Source: Basidiobolus meristosporus CBS 931.73
Lineage: Eukaryota; Fungi; Basidiobolomycota
Reading direction: 5' to 3'
Length of the DNA stretch: 64,000 bases
Assembly (NCBI GenBank): GCA_002104905.1
Contig: MCFE01000377.1
Span: forward strand, 1 to 64,000
Part shown: one piece after another, positions 12,494 to 25,149 of the stretch
Numbering within the stretch: the stretch's first letter is position 1
How the letters are laid out: each line of letters opens with the position of its first letter
Program-made: the position numbers and the translations under genes
Notes under the pieces: generated by a model
What the model saw: the letters and a program-made list of their open reading frames with translations, nothing else
Databases searched by the model: none
What the model was told of the DNA's origin: nothing

Positions 12494-13758
12494 AAGCACA
12501 ATCAGTATAGCTGCAGCACCACATGTAAACATACATGTAGCACATCTTCCCTTTGATTTGATCAACTCTGAGTTGTTTGTCTCCATTATATAAGGCAAGG
12601 CTGTTTGGTTCCAATCCAAGCCCCATTGCAAAGTAAAGTACAAAAACAGTATGACTACTGTGTACTTTAATATTCAGTACAGCAAGGCCAAGTTACAATG
12701 TGCCCACTGGAGGTAAGGATACAGATTACTAAGGCTCTCAGACAAGTATGCTATTAAGAGTCTCAGTAGTGTCTTAGCAAGCATGTTGTCAGGTCATACC
12801 AAAGCATTAACAAGACAACCAGGTGCAGTGGCTAATAGGATAGATGCAGTGGTCCACAGAAATCAGGAAATAGGCCGGAGAAATACCAAGTAGACACTAT
12901 GTTAAGTACAATCAAAAGGCCAGGCAGAGATTTCAGTATCTAAGCTGTATGAAGAAACCCAGTAACTCCATGTTGCAGACCAGTACTGAGTCAACTTGCA
13001 ACTTCATAGCAGAAAAACACTGCATAGTCATTAGAGTACATCAAAAGTTCCATAAGATAAGCCCACAGTAAAGAATATCATTCAAGTAAGAGAAAGATAG
13101 TGATGTTAATACTAAAGCCTAAAACTCAAAAGTCACCAAAGATATATGAAGCCATTGCATGCAATGATCAAGAGTAAGCTAATACTTAAGAGGCTCCACA
13201 ATATCTAGTGTGCCATCACCTTAAGGCTGGTATATCATAGGACTATGAGGAACTTGAGGTCAACCCTAATATACTTCATGTGCTTTATGAGCATTACTGT
13301 AGATTTAATCCTTGGGACAGCATTGTTATCCTACAAAAGTACCGCAAGGATAGCAGAGACTATCAATAACAGCAGAACAAAGGTGCTAATGTTATGATCT
13401 GCCGCTTGAATGTTTAAGTTAGATCAGTTTTTAGCCAAATCAGTTAGTATATGTTTAGGTTATCAGTACATCAGTATTATCTATGAAATCAGTAGCATTA
13501 GTCAGCAAATGAATCAGCAGATCCTTATCAGACAGAAATAGATATATTAAGTAGGATCTTATTGGGTGATGATGATGCAATCAAATGAGTCATCAGCCAC
13601 AACCTACATTAGGAAATACAATTAGTCAGCAATTGATCTGGCAAAATGTATATAAGGAGCTGCTGGAACCTCAATAAAAATCAGTTCAAGTTTTAGTGAA
13701 TACAATACTAGCTAAACTCCCTATTCCTCTACAACTCTTATACCAAGACTTGTAACAT

Positions 13759-13769
13759 TGGTAGCAGCG
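13759..13769 (+). promoter_or_regulatory. Primer-binding site TGGTAGCAGCG (initiator tRNA-Met type)
   Basis: 1 nt after the 5' LTR; a TGGTAGC start is complementary to the 3' end of eukaryotic tRNA-iMet (compare Ty1/Ty3 TGGTAGCGCC). Confidence 0.8.
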
Positions 13770-13815
13770 ATAACCAGAAACCTCCCTCCTGAAGAAAGAA
13801 GAAACCACCCTCAAG

Positions 13816-16800
13816 ATGTCGGACAATCAAGAATGGAAGAATGCCATGCAGCAAATCCTGACCCAACAGCAACAGCTACTCCAGATCCTCAGCCAACAGC
13901 AACAAGGAATGACTACCATGGCTCAGAGCCAGCAAAGCCCTGTCAAGAGCAACTTTAGTGTGAAGGTCAACCGGTACCATGGCAGAGTCAATGAAAACCT
14001 GGGAACTTGGCTCTTTCAGATTGAAGAAGCTTTTAAAGCTAAAGGAATTGCTCCAGAGAGCAAGTTGCATTATGCAGCTTCTTACCTGGCAGATGCAGCT
14101 TTACAGTGGTACCACAACAAGATCAGGTCAGCTACTATGATGGGATGCTCTACAATCTCTACCTGGGATGAGTTTGTGACAGAAATTCAGGATGCTTTTG
14201 AACCTCCACACCAGCAGACACTACTAAGAAGGAAGTTAAAGACACTCAGACAGAAAGGAATGGTGCAAGAATACATCTATGAGTACAGATGTCTACTTGG
14301 ACAAATTGAAAGAATGGACCCCTTGGATCAAGTTGAATACTTTATTGATGGGTTGAAAGAAAGAACTCGCAAGGAAGTCAATTACCGAAGACCTCAGACT
14401 ATTGAAGAAGCCATCAAGATTGCCATTGACTATGACTCAGCTATGTTTGGAGTTGGGAAGCCTACAGTGACTAGTCAGAAAGGCTATAATCATTATGAAA
14501 GAAGACAATCAGAAGCAGTACCAATGGAAATAGACGCTATGCAGAAGAATCCCTCCTCAGAAGAATGCAAGAAGAGAGGACTTTGCTTCAATTGCCACCA
14601 GCAGGGACATATTGCAAAGTACTGCCCTCAGAGAAGAAATGGACACCAGCCAACAAGAACCTTCAACCATATTGAGTCCCATGAACACAGTAATGTGGAA
14701 GATGAGCTTGAAGAAGACTCGGAACTCACCTTCCATATGACAGAAGAGTACTTGTCCCAAATGACTTCAAACTCAGGGAAGTTATTGTACCTGAATGGAG
14801 CAATCAATGGAGTACCTGCCAAGATCATGATTGACTCAGGAGCATCGCATGAGTACATGTCAGAGCAATTTGCTTTGAAAGCTGGAATCAACTCGGAACC
14901 TACCAAATCAACTTCAGTCTCCACAGCTGATGGGAACTCCCACATAATCAACCGTATTACCCAGCCAGTAAGAATGAAGATCAATGACTATGAAGAAGAC
15001 CTACAGGCTTATATATTTGGGAACTGCAAGTTTGACCTTGTACTTGGGAAAACCTGGCTATTTTGTCGTAATCCATCAATCAACTGGAGAACCCATGCTA
15101 CTCAGATCCAAAAAGACAACAAGACCTATGAGCTATTACCTGCCAGGCTGGATTTCAACTTGGTCAATTCCAGTGTGTGTGAGACAATTGAACTTAGCAA
15201 GACCCAGTTCTGTAGAGCACTTAGAAAAGGTACCCAGATGTTCCTCATGGCGGTATTACAGGAGGATTCCTCTATCCCAGCACCCCAGCAGGTCCAGACT
15301 CTCTTGAAGAAATATTCAGACGTGTTTCCAGATGAGCTTGTAAGCCTACCACCAGTCAGAGACGTGGATCATGCCATTGACACAGGAGATAGCCCTCCAG
15401 TGAGCAAGACACCTTACAGAATGAGTCCATTGGAATTGGAGGAAATGAAGAAACAAATTGATCAGCTATTGGAGCAAGGATACATCAGGCCCAGCAAGTC
15501 ACCTTGGGGAGCACCAGTGCTTTTTGTGAAAAAGAAGGATGGAACACTTAGGATGTGCATTGACTACAGAGCCCTGAACTCAGTTACCGTCAAGAATAAG
15601 TACCCCATACCTCGGATTGATGAGCTTTTGGACCAACTTAATGGAGCCACTATTTTCAGCAAGATCGACCTCATGTCAGGATACAACCAGATTAGGGTGA
15701 AACCAGAAGATATCCCTAAGACAGCATTCAGGACCAGATATGGACATTACAAGTACTTAGTCATGAGTTTTGGCCTCACTAATGCCCCTGCAACATTCAT
15801 GACGCTGATGCAGACTGTCTTTCAGGAGTACTTAGACAAGTTTGTGATAATCTACCTGGATGACATATTGATATACAGCAAGACAGAAAAGGATCACATG
15901 GTGCACATTGAAAAGGTCTTGAAGAAACTAAGAGAGAACAAGCTATACGGCAAGCTAGCCAAGTGTGAATTCTTCAAGGAACACGTAGAATATCTGGGAC
16001 ACATAGTGACTAGCACAGGAGTAACCTTAGACCCCAAGAAGGTGGAAGTAATCAAGAATTTGAAGCAGCCCCAGAGCATATCAGAACTCAGATCCTTCCT
16101 TGGAATGGTTTCCTATTATCGGAGATTTGTCAAGTCATTTGCAAGTATTGCAGCCCCTTTAACTGATATCCTCAAGAAAGACAATACCTACAAGTGGGAC
16201 ATAGCTTGTGAGACTGCCTTCCAGACACTAAAGAATGAACTTGCTAAGCTGCCAAGCTTAAGAATACCAGACTTCAGAAAAGAGTTCACTCTGTGCACAG
16301 ATGCTTCAGATTATGCAATTGGTGGAGTGCTGAGCCAAGAACACAAGGGAAAGGACTACCCTGTTGCCTTTGAATCCAAGAAACTGAACTCAGCAGAACA
16401 AAACTATCCAGTTCATGAGAAGGAGATGCTTGCTATAATACACTGTTTGAAGACATGGAGATGCTATATTGAAGGAGTCAAATGCACTGTGAAGACTGAT
16501 CATGCCTCCCTCAAGTATATATTTACTCAGAAGGTACTCTCTAGAAGAATGACAAGATGGAGTGAATACATTCAGCAATTTGACCTGGAGATTGTCTACT
16601 GCCCTGGAAAAAACAACACAGTTGCTGATGCCTTATCAAGATTAGATCAAGTTGCACAACTCAACTTGGTGCATGAATCAGATTGGCCTAGCCTATTACC
16701 AAAGTACTTGGAGGACCAAGCCATTCCTAATGAGGTGGATGAAGATATCAAGAAGATAATCCGTGATGAGGCCAGCAAATTTGTTGTACAGAATGAAACA

Positions 16801-17949
16801 CTCTACCGAATTGTTGATGGAAGCCCTATTGCCTATTGTCCTTATGTTGCTCGCCTGGATTTAATACATAAGCTACACAATGGATATGGACATCTTGGGA
16901 TTGAAGGAACCTATAGCCTTGTAAAAGCCAGAGCATGGTGGCCCAGAATGAAACAAGACATTGAGAAGCTAGTAAAAACATGCCCAAACTGCCAAATCAA
17001 TCAAGGCCAGCCACAAAGAATTGCCGAACTCTTCCCTTTGGAGCCTGTAAGACCATTTGAGAGATGGGGAATTGACTTTATTGGAAGACTGCCAACTACC
17101 AGGAAATGCAACCGTTGGATCCTAGTAGCAATTGACCATGCCACTAAATGGCCAGTTGCTAAAGCTGTACCAATAGCCAGTGAACAAGAAGTTGCAAGTT
17201 TCATTTACCATGAGATCCTGATGAAGTTTGGATGCCCTGTGGAGATCTTATCCGATAGAGGTGCAAACTTTATGGCAAAGACATTAGAGGCTTACCTGGA
17301 AATGCAGCAGATCAGACACTTGAAAACCTCGGCATATCACCCCAGAACTAATGGAGTCACTGAGCGGTTTAATGGATTATTTGGAAAAATGCTGACCAAG
17401 TATGCAAATGGAGTTGTCAGTAGATGGGATGAGTATATAGACCAAGCACTCTTTGCATGCAGAGTCAGAGTACACAACACCACCCAGCAATCACCATTTT
17501 ACTTAGTTTATGGATGTGAACCAAGGATTCCAGGAGATCTCACACAACCAAAGATTACAGACACCTTAGAAGATGAACTCAGTCAGCCAAGTAGACACCA
17601 GCAATTGGAACAAAGACGTCAAGAGGCACAGACCAAAGTATCTCAAAGTGCAGAAAAGATGAAGCAGAGATTTGATAAGACTATAGCACCAGAAGCATTG
17701 ACAGTTGGGAACTTTGTATTGCTAAGAAACAACACTCGGAAGAAGTTTGAGCCACAATGGACAGGACCATTCAAGATCATCAGAGAATGTCCATTTGCAA
17801 CTTACCAACTGGTGGACAAACAAGGCAATATCCGGGAAGACTTAGTGCATAGGGACAGACTCAAGCTTGCAAGACTTGCTGATAATACTGAACCATCAAG
17901 ATATTGGTATCACAAGAAAAGAGATTCAGGAGAACCCTCTCAACTTTAG
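13816..17949 (+). CDS. Gag-Pol polyprotein (1377 aa): capsid, CCHC knuckle, aspartic protease, RT, RNaseH, integrase; no chromodomain
   Basis: [14 protein letters not shown]; IMIDSGAS; YLDD; TDASDYAIG; HNGYGH...CPNC; GIDF/SDRG/VTERFN; GPFK C-terminal module. Confidence 0.97.
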   Translation: MSDNQEWKNAMQQILTQQQQLLQILSQQQQGMTTMAQSQQSPVKSNFSVKVNRYHGRVNENLGTWLFQIEEAFKAKGIAPESKLHYAASYLADAALQWYHNKIRSATMMGCSTISTWDEFVTEIQDAFEPPHQQTLLRRKLKTLRQKGMVQEYIYEYRCLLGQIERMDPLDQVEYFIDGLKERTRKEVNYRRPQTIEEAIKIAIDYDSAMFGVGKPTVTSQKGYNHYERRQSEAVPMEIDAMQKNPSSEECKKRGLCFNCHQQGHIAKYCPQRRNGHQPTRTFNHIESHEHSNVEDELEEDSELTFHMTEEYLSQMTSNSGKLLYLNGAINGVPAKIMIDSGASHEYMSEQFALKAGINSEPTKSTSVSTADGNSHIINRITQPVRMKINDYEEDLQAYIFGNCKFDLVLGKTWLFCRNPSINWRTHATQIQKDNKTYELLPARLDFNLVNSSVCETIELSKTQFCRALRKGTQMFLMAVLQEDSSIPAPQQVQTLLKKYSDVFPDELVSLPPVRDVDHAIDTGDSPPVSKTPYRMSPLELEEMKKQIDQLLEQGYIRPSKSPWGAPVLFVKKKDGTLRMCIDYRALNSVTVKNKYPIPRIDELLDQLNGATIFSKIDLMSGYNQIRVKPEDIPKTAFRTRYGHYKYLVMSFGLTNAPATFMTLMQTVFQEYLDKFVIIYLDDILIYSKTEKDHMVHIEKVLKKLRENKLYGKLAKCEFFKEHVEYLGHIVTSTGVTLDPKKVEVIKNLKQPQSISELRSFLGMVSYYRRFVKSFASIAAPLTDILKKDNTYKWDIACETAFQTLKNELAKLPSLRIPDFRKEFTLCTDASDYAIGGVLSQEHKGKDYPVAFESKKLNSAEQNYPVHEKEMLAIIHCLKTWRCYIEGVKCTVKTDHASLKYIFTQKVLSRRMTRWSEYIQQFDLEIVYCPGKNNTVADALSRLDQVAQLNLVHESDWPSLLPKYLEDQAIPNEVDEDIKKIIRDEASKFVVQNETLYRIVDGSPIAYCPYVARLDLIHKLHNGYGHLGIEGTYSLVKARAWWPRMKQDIEKLVKTCPNCQINQGQPQRIAELFPLEPVRPFERWGIDFIGRLPTTRKCNRWILVAIDHATKWPVAKAVPIASEQEVASFIYHEILMKFGCPVEILSDRGANFMAKTLEAYLEMQQIRHLKTSAYHPRTNGVTERFNGLFGKMLTKYANGVVSRWDEYIDQALFACRVRVHNTTQQSPFYLVYGCEPRIPGDLTQPKITDTLEDELSQPSRHQQLEQRRQEAQTKVSQSAEKMKQRFDKTIAPEALTVGNFVLLRNNTRKKFEPQWTGPFKIIRECPFATYQLVDKQGNIREDLVHRDRLKLARLADNTEPSRYWYHKKRDSGEPSQL

Positions 17950-17959
17950 TAGGGGAGAA
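17948..17959 (+). promoter_or_regulatory. Polypurine tract AGTAGGGGAGAA
   Basis: Directly precedes the TG of the 3' LTR and overlaps the stop codon. Confidence 0.85.
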
Positions 17960-19224
17960 TGTTATGATCTGCCGCTTGAATGTTTAAGTTAGATCAGTTT
18001 TTAGCCAAATCAGTTAGTACATGTTTAGGTTATCAGTACATCAGTATTATCTATGAAATCAGTAGCATTAGTCAGCAAATGAATCAGCAGATCCTTATCA
18101 GACAGAAATAGATATATTGAGTAGGATCTTATTGAGTGATGATGATGCAATCAAATGAGTCATCAGCCACAACCTACATTAGGAAATACAATTAGTCAGC
18201 AATTGATCTGGCAAAATGTATATAAGGAGCTGCTGGAACCTCAATAAAAATCAGTTCAAGTTTTAGTGAATACAATACTAGCTAAACTCCCTATTCCTCT
18301 ACAACTCTTATACCAAGACTTGTAACACTAAAGCTATGTACCAGTAGCTGCCACAATAGCCTGTTTTAAGCATGGCTCAGAGCTTGAGACAAGCAGCAAG
18401 TAAATGTTTTAAAGCTGGAAGAGTGCTAATCAGCAATAAATACCCAGAAATGGATACACCACTTCAACACTTGTGAACAAAAGATCATAGCTGAATACAA
18501 AAGTGCTCAGTTGAGGTAGAAGTAAAAGAAACCAATGACTTCCATAGGATCCTGTCACAAGCAGGGCTGAAAGATCTAAACTAGAAGCAAAATGACAGGT
18601 AGCCTGAGGTGGACCACTATGGGATAAGAATGCTGAAATATTGGCACCAGTGCAGCATATATGAGTTAAAAACTGTAGTGCAATAAAAGAGGCCCTCAGT
18701 CAAAGTAGCAGTGAAAGATTCAACAGCAACAAACACTAAGGAAGAGAGGAAATGGCTACCCAAGCCTGCGGCGGAAATGTGTATGGAAAAGATGCAGTGC
18801 TCACCAATTGACACAATCAGCCTTAAGTGGTTGAGCTACACATCAGTAGTGTCAAAACACTTGCAAGGGGAGGCAACTAGTTTTCCACAGTGTCCACACA
18901 CTTCTTTTTAGACAGATTAGAAATTACCCTGACAGTCAAAGGAACAACTTCAAGAGCCAAGAAGACTATTGCAATGCACACAGCAAAATTTAAAACAATA
19001 ATAGGCATGCTAAAAGGTTACTGCGCTTCTTCAAGAGCAGTGCTCAAGCAAACACATTTGGATATTGCAAGGGTAATTGCAAAGACTTGCAAATTAGGCA
19101 TGAGAACTTACCGTGCTGGCTGAAGTGCAGGAAACATGGGAACTAATGAGTGAATACTTGCATTAAGCCATGGGGCTTCTGCCAAGGTAACACAAAAGGT
19201 GACCTGGAAATGTAGGAAATAAAA

Positions 19225-19356
19225 CCTTTGAAAACCTCAGTAACTCACACTAGAAGTACTGAGACACTGAGCAGTTCAATGGAATACTTGGAGAAATGCT
19301 GCCCAAGTACACAAATGGAGCTGTCAGCAGATGGAATGAGTACAAAGACCAAGCAC
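19225..19356 (+). mobile_element. Small decayed Gypsy integrase fragment
   Basis: Aligns to the [43 protein letters not shown] coding sequence of copy A. Confidence 0.7.
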
Positions 19357-19699
19357 CGGGAATCTTACGTTCTTGATGTATTACTAATGATATATCTGGC
19401 ATTGATACAGATCAGGTGACAACAGTTGCCCATATTCTGTTTGATTGTAGACTTATGAGCAATAATTTTTGAGATGTATTGATATAATGCATAGAAATTG
19501 ATGGAGATTTTATCACAATGGATGATGTTATCAGAAAAATCACACTGATTACTCCAATCTGCTTTGCTTCTTCCAATTTTTGATAATCAACCATTTCTGA
19601 TAAGACTTACTTGGCTAAATAGTCATTTCTAATAACCCATATCACCACCACTGATGTTCTTACTTACACATTAGAAGAGGTCTACACCTAAAGCTGCAG

Positions 19700-22600
19700 A
19701 CCATCTACTAAAGTCAATTTATGGAGATTCCTTGTCATGCTTGATTGCTTTTACATGAGCTGTTGCCCAGCAAGATTTTGTTTCACCATTCTTGGCAACA
19801 AAGTCTAGGAGTGTTTATTCCCAGCTGACAACAATGGAGAAACAACTTACAAGGATATGTATGATAGGGTACAAGCTCTGGGTACCAGGATTAGAAGTTC
19901 CAATGGACTCTCACATCCAAGAGTGCTGAGCAGCAGGCTTGATATTGTTATGATCTGCTGCTTGAATGTTTAAGTTAGATCAGTTTTTAGTCAAATCAAT
20001 TAGTATATATTTAGGTTATCAGTATATCAGTATTATCTATGAAATCAGTATCATTAGTCAGCAAATGAATCAGCAGATCCTTATCAGACAGAAATAGATA
20101 AATTAAGTAGGATCTTATTGGGTGATGATGATGCAATCAAATGAGTCATCAGCCACAACCTACATTAGGAAATACAATTAGTTGGCAATTGATCTGGCAA
20201 AATGTATATAACAAGCTGCTGGAACCTCAATAAAAATCAGTTCAAGTTTTAGTGAATACAATACTAGCTAAACTCCCTATTCCTCTACAACTCTTATACC
20301 AAGACTTGTAACATTGGTAGCAGCAATAACCAGAAACCTCCCTCCAGAAGAAAGAAGAAACCTCCCTCAAGATGTTGGACAATCAAGAATGGAAGAATGC
20401 CATGCAGCAAATCCTGGCCCAACAGCAACAGTTACTCCAGATCCTCAGCCAACAGCAACTAGGAATGACTACCATGGCTCAGAGCCAGCAAAGCCCTGTC
20501 AAGAGCAACTTTAGTGTGAAGGTCAACCGGTACCATGGCAGAGTCAATGAAAACATGGGAACTTGGCTCTTTAAGATTGAAGAAGCTTTTAAAGCTAAAG
20601 GAATTGCTCCAGAAAGCAAGTTGCATTATGCAGCTTCTTACCTGGCAGATGCAGCTTTACAGTGGTACCACAACAAGATCAGGTTGGCCACTATGATGGG
20701 ATGCTCTACAATCTCTACCTGGGATGAGTTTATGTTGGAAATTCAGGATGCTTTTGAACCTCCACAACAGTAGACAGTACTAAGAAGGAAGTTAAAGACA
20801 CTCAGACAGAAAGGAATGGTGCAAGAATACATCTATGAGTACAGATGTCTACTTGGACAAATTGAAAGAATGGACCCCTTGGATCAAGTTGAATACTCTA
20901 TTGATGGGTTGAAAGAAAGAACTTGCAAGGAAGTGAATTACCAAAGACCTCAGACTATTGAAAAAGCCATCAAGATTGCCATTGACTATGACTCAGCTAT
21001 GTTTGGAGTTGGGAAGCCTACAGTGACTAATCAGAAAGGCTACAATGATTATGAAAGAAGACAATCAGAAGCAGTACCAATGGAAATAGACGCTATGCAG
21101 AAGAATCCTACCTCAGAAGAATGTAAGAAGAAAGGACTTTGCTTAAATTGCCACCAGCAAGGACATATTGCAAAGTACTGCCCTCAGAGAAGAAATGGAC
21201 ACAAGCCAACAAGAACCTTCAACCATATTGAGTCCTGTGAACACAGTAATGTGGAAGATGAGCTTGAAGAAGACTTGGAACTCACCTTCCATATGACAGA
21301 AGAGTACTTGTCCCAAATGATCTCAAACTCAGGGAAGTTATTGTACTTGAATGGAGTGATCAATGGAGTACCTGTCAAGATCATCATTGACTCAGGAGCA
21401 TCACATGAGTACATGTCAGAGCAATTTGCTTTGAAAGCTGGAATCAACTTGGAACCTACCAAATCAACTTCAGTCTCCACAGCTGATGGGAACTCCCACA
21501 TAATCAACCGTATTACCCAGCCAGTAAGAATGAAGAACAATGACTATGAAGAAGACCTACAGGCTTATATATTTGGGAACTGCAAGTTTGATCTTGTACT
21601 TGGGGAAACCTGGCTATTTTGTTGTAATCCATCAATCAACTGGAGAACCCATGCTACTCAGATCCTAAAAGACAACAAGACCTATGAGCTATTACCTGCC
21701 AGGCTGGATTTCAACTTGGTGAATTCCAGTGTGTGTGAAACAAGTGAAGTTAGCAAGACCTAGTTCTGTAGAGCACTTAGAAAAGGTACCCAGATGTTTT
21801 CATGGCGGTGTTACAGGAGGATTCCTCTACCCCAGCACCCCAGCAGGTCCAGACTCTCTTGAAGAAATATTCAGACGTGTTTCCAGATGAGCTTGTAAGC
21901 CTACCACCAGTCAGAGACATGGATCATGCCATTGACACAGGAGATAGCCCTCCAGTGAGCAAGACACCTTACAGAATGAGTCCATTGGAATTGGAGGAAA
22001 TGAAGAGACAAATTGATCAGCTATTGGAGCAAGGATACATCAGGCCCAGCAAGTCACCCTGGGGAGCACCTGTGCTTTTTGTGAAAAAGAAGGATGGAAC
22101 ACTTAGGATGTGCATTGACTACAGAGCCCTGAACTCAGTTACCGTCAAGAATAAGAACCCCATACCTTGGATTGATGAGCTTTTGGACCAACTTAATGGA
22201 GCCACTATTTTCAGCAAGATTGACCTCATGTCAGGATACAACCAAATTAGGGTGAAACCAGAAGATATTCCTAAGACAGCATTTAGGACCAGATATGGAC
22301 ATTACGAGTACTTAGTCATGAGTTTTGGCCTCACTAATGCCCCTGCAACATTCATGATGCTGATGCAGACTGTCTTTCAGGAGTACTTAGACAAGTTTGT
22401 GATAATTTAGCTAGATGACATAATGATATACAGCAAGACAGAAGAGGATCACGTAGTGCACATTGAGAAGGTCTTGAAGAAACTAAGAGAGAACAAGCTA
22501 TATGGCAAGCTAGCCATGTGTGAATTCTTCAAGGAACATGTTGAATACCTGGGACACATAGTGACTAGCACAGGAGTGACCTTAGACCCTAAGAAGGTTG

Positions 22601-25130
22601 AAGTTATCAAGAATTTGAAGCAGCCTCATAGCATATCAAAACTCAGATCCTTCCTTGGAATGGTCTCCTATTATTGGAGATTTGTCAAGTTGTTTGCAAG
22701 TATTGCAGCCCCTTTAACTGATATCCTCAAGAAAGACAATACCTACAAGTGGGCCATAGCTTCTAAGACTGCCTTCCAGACGCTCAAGAATGAACTTGCT
22801 AAGCTGCCAAGCCTAAGAATACCAGACTTCAGAAAAGAGTTCACTCTGTGCACAGATGCTTCCGATTATGCAATTGGTGGAGTGTTGAGCCAAGAACACA
22901 AGGGAAAGGACAACCCTGTTGGCTTTGAATCCAAGAAACTGAACTCAGCAGAACAAAACTTTCCAGTCCATGAGAAGGAGATGCTTGCTATAATACACTG
23001 TTTGAAGACATGGGGATGCTATATTGAAGGAGTTAAATGCACTGTGAAGACTGATCATGCCTCCCTCAGGTATATTTTTACTCAGAAGGTACTCTCTAGA
23101 AGAATGACAAGATGGAGTGAATACATTCAGCAATTTGACCTGGAGATTGTCTACTGCCCTGGAAAAACCAACACAGTTGCTGATGCCTTATCAAGATTAG
23201 ATCAAGTTGCACAACTCAACTTGGTGCATGAATCAGATTAGCCTAGCCTATTACCAAAGTACTTGGAGGACCAAGCAATTCCTAATGAGGTGGATGAAGA
23301 TATCAAAAAGATAATCCGTGATGAAGCCAGCAAATTTGTTGTACAGGATGAAACACTCTACCAAATTGTTGATGGAAGCCCTATTGCCTATTGTCCTTAT
23401 GTTGCTTGCCTGGATTTAATACATAAGCTACACAATGGATATGGACATCTTGGGATTGAAGGAACCTATATCCTTGTGAAAGCCAGAACATGGTGGCCCA
23501 GAATGAAACAAGATATTGAGAAGCAAGTGAAAACATGCCCAAACTGCCAAATCAATCAAGGCCAGCCACAAAGAATTGCCAAACGCTTCCCTTTGGAGCC
23601 TGTAAGACCATTTGAAAGATGGGGAATTGACTTTATTGGAAGACTGCCAACTACCAGGAAATGCAACCGTTGGATCCTAGTAGCAATTGACCATGCCACT
23701 AAATGGCCAGTTGCTAAAGCTGTACCAATAGCCAGTGAACAAGAAGTTGCAAGTTTCATTTACCATGAGATCCTGATAAAGTTTGGATGCCCTGTGGAGA
23801 TCTTATCCAATAGAGGTGCAAACTTTATGGCAAAGACATTAGAGGCTTACCTGGAAATGCAGCAGATCAGACACTTGAAGACCTCAGCATATCACCCCAG
23901 AACTAATGGAGTCACTGAGCGGTTTAAGGGATTATTTAGAAAACTGCTGACCAAGTATGCAAATGGAATTGTCAGTAGATGGGATGAGTATATAGACCAA
24001 GCACTCTTTGCATGCAGGGTCAGAGTACACAACACCACCCAGCAATCACCATTTTACTTAGTTTATGGATGTGAACCAAGGATTCCAGGAGATCTCACAC
24101 AACCAAAGCTTACAGACACCTTAGAAGATGAACTCAGTCAGCCAAGTAGACACCAGCAACTGGAACAAAGACGTTAAGAGGCACAGACCAAAGTATCTCA
24201 AAGTGCAGAAAAGTTGAAGCAGAGATTTGATAAGACTATAGCACCAGAAGCATTGACAGTTGGGAACTTTGTATTGCTAAGAAACAACACTTGGAAGAAG
24301 TCTGAGCCACAATGGACAGTACCATTCAAGATCATCAGAGAATGTCCATTTGCAACTTACCAACTGGTGGACAAACAAGGCAATATCCGGGAAGACTTAG
24401 TGCATAGGGACAGACTCAAGCTTGCGAGACTTGCTGATAATACTGAACCATCAAGATATTGGTATCACAAGAAAAGAGATTCAGGAGAACCCTCTCAACT
24501 GTAGTAGGGGAGAATGTTATGATCTGCCGCTTGAATGTTTAAGTTAGATCAGTTTTTAGTCAAATCAATTAGTATATGTTTAGGTTATCAGTATATCAGT
24601 ATTGTCTATCAAATCAGTAGCACTAGTCAGCAAATGAATCAGCAGATCCTTATCAGACAGAAATAGATATATTAAGTAGGATCTTATTGGGTGATGATGA
24701 TGCAATCAAATGCGTCATCAGCCACAACCTACAGTAGGAAATACAATTAGTCAGCAATTGATCTGGCAAAATGTATATAACAAGCTGCTGGAACCTCAAT
24801 AAAAACAGTTCAAGTTTTAGTGAATACAATACTAGCTAAACTCCCTATTCCTCTACAACTCTTTTACCAAGACTTGTAACAATATTATAAATACTCTGGA
24901 TACACTACTAGTGAGTATTTGAAGTTCTTCTAGAGGGCTTAGTCTCTTTTGTTTTGGCAATTACAAGGCACACTGTGCAATACATGAAGCACTATCTGAC
25001 TTAATGATAGCATCATCAGGCAAGTGTGCCCTTTACTGGTGGTAGGCATTACAAAGAACTCTTGGTAAAGAGTTATCCTCTAGCAAGTAGTGATGGAAAT
25101 GTATGAAGCACTCAGCCAATATTAGGGAGG
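19700..25130 (+). mobile_element. Decayed IS5/ISL2EU-like transposase copy interrupted by Gypsy copy B (pieces ~19700-19945 and 24882-25130)
   Basis: 19880-19945 resembles 39550-39620; acaaggcacactgtg...ggtaggcattacaaag (24963-25055) resembles 39696-39790. Confidence 0.7.
19946..24881 (+). mobile_element. Full-length but inactivated Ty3/Gypsy copy B, TSD ATAT
   Basis: LTRs 19946-20313 and 24515-24881; ATAT at 19942-19945 and 24882-24885; in-frame stops at 20771, 21761, 22408 (the Y of YLDD), 23239 and 24175. Confidence 0.96.
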
Positions 25131-25149
25131 ATTTTGAAAATTTGAAAAT

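Larger units (their letters stand above)
13390..18327 (+). mobile_element. Intact Ty3/Gypsy LTR retrotransposon (copy A), 4-bp TSD CTAA
   Basis: LTRs 13390-13757 and 17960-18327 (368 bp, 3 mismatches, all transitions); CTAA at 13386-13389 and 18328-18331; PBS and PPT present; uninterrupted ORF. Confidence 0.98.
12494..19200 (+). pseudogene. Decayed copy of CACTA-associated ORF2, split by Gypsy copy A (pieces 12494-13389 and 18328-19200)
   Basis: LILKPKTQKSPKIYEAIACND...HHLKAGIS*DYEEL (13100-13260) aligns with LISKPKTQKILKIYDTVECNN...HHLKASIPWDYQEL (42204-42689, minus); cttcttcaagagcagtgctcaag near 19027 is shared with the reverse complement near 41900. Confidence 0.75.

Noticed and set aside
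10995-12626. 543-aa ORF with a novel-looking N-terminus (MGLGLEPNSLAL...) fused to RT
   Set aside because: The first ~45 codons are chance read-through from flanking decayed DNA into the truncated Gypsy copy E at 12493; not a designed fusion.
13758-13958. 66-aa overlapping ORF ([11 protein letters not shown]...) present in copies A, B and C
   Set aside because: It starts at a TTG inside the PBS, and its persistence is explained by recent common ancestry and the overlap with gag; no independent evidence.
13876-17204. Antisense ORFs repeated in several Gypsy copies
   Set aside because: Shadow ORFs of the coding strand; they recur because the copies are homologous.
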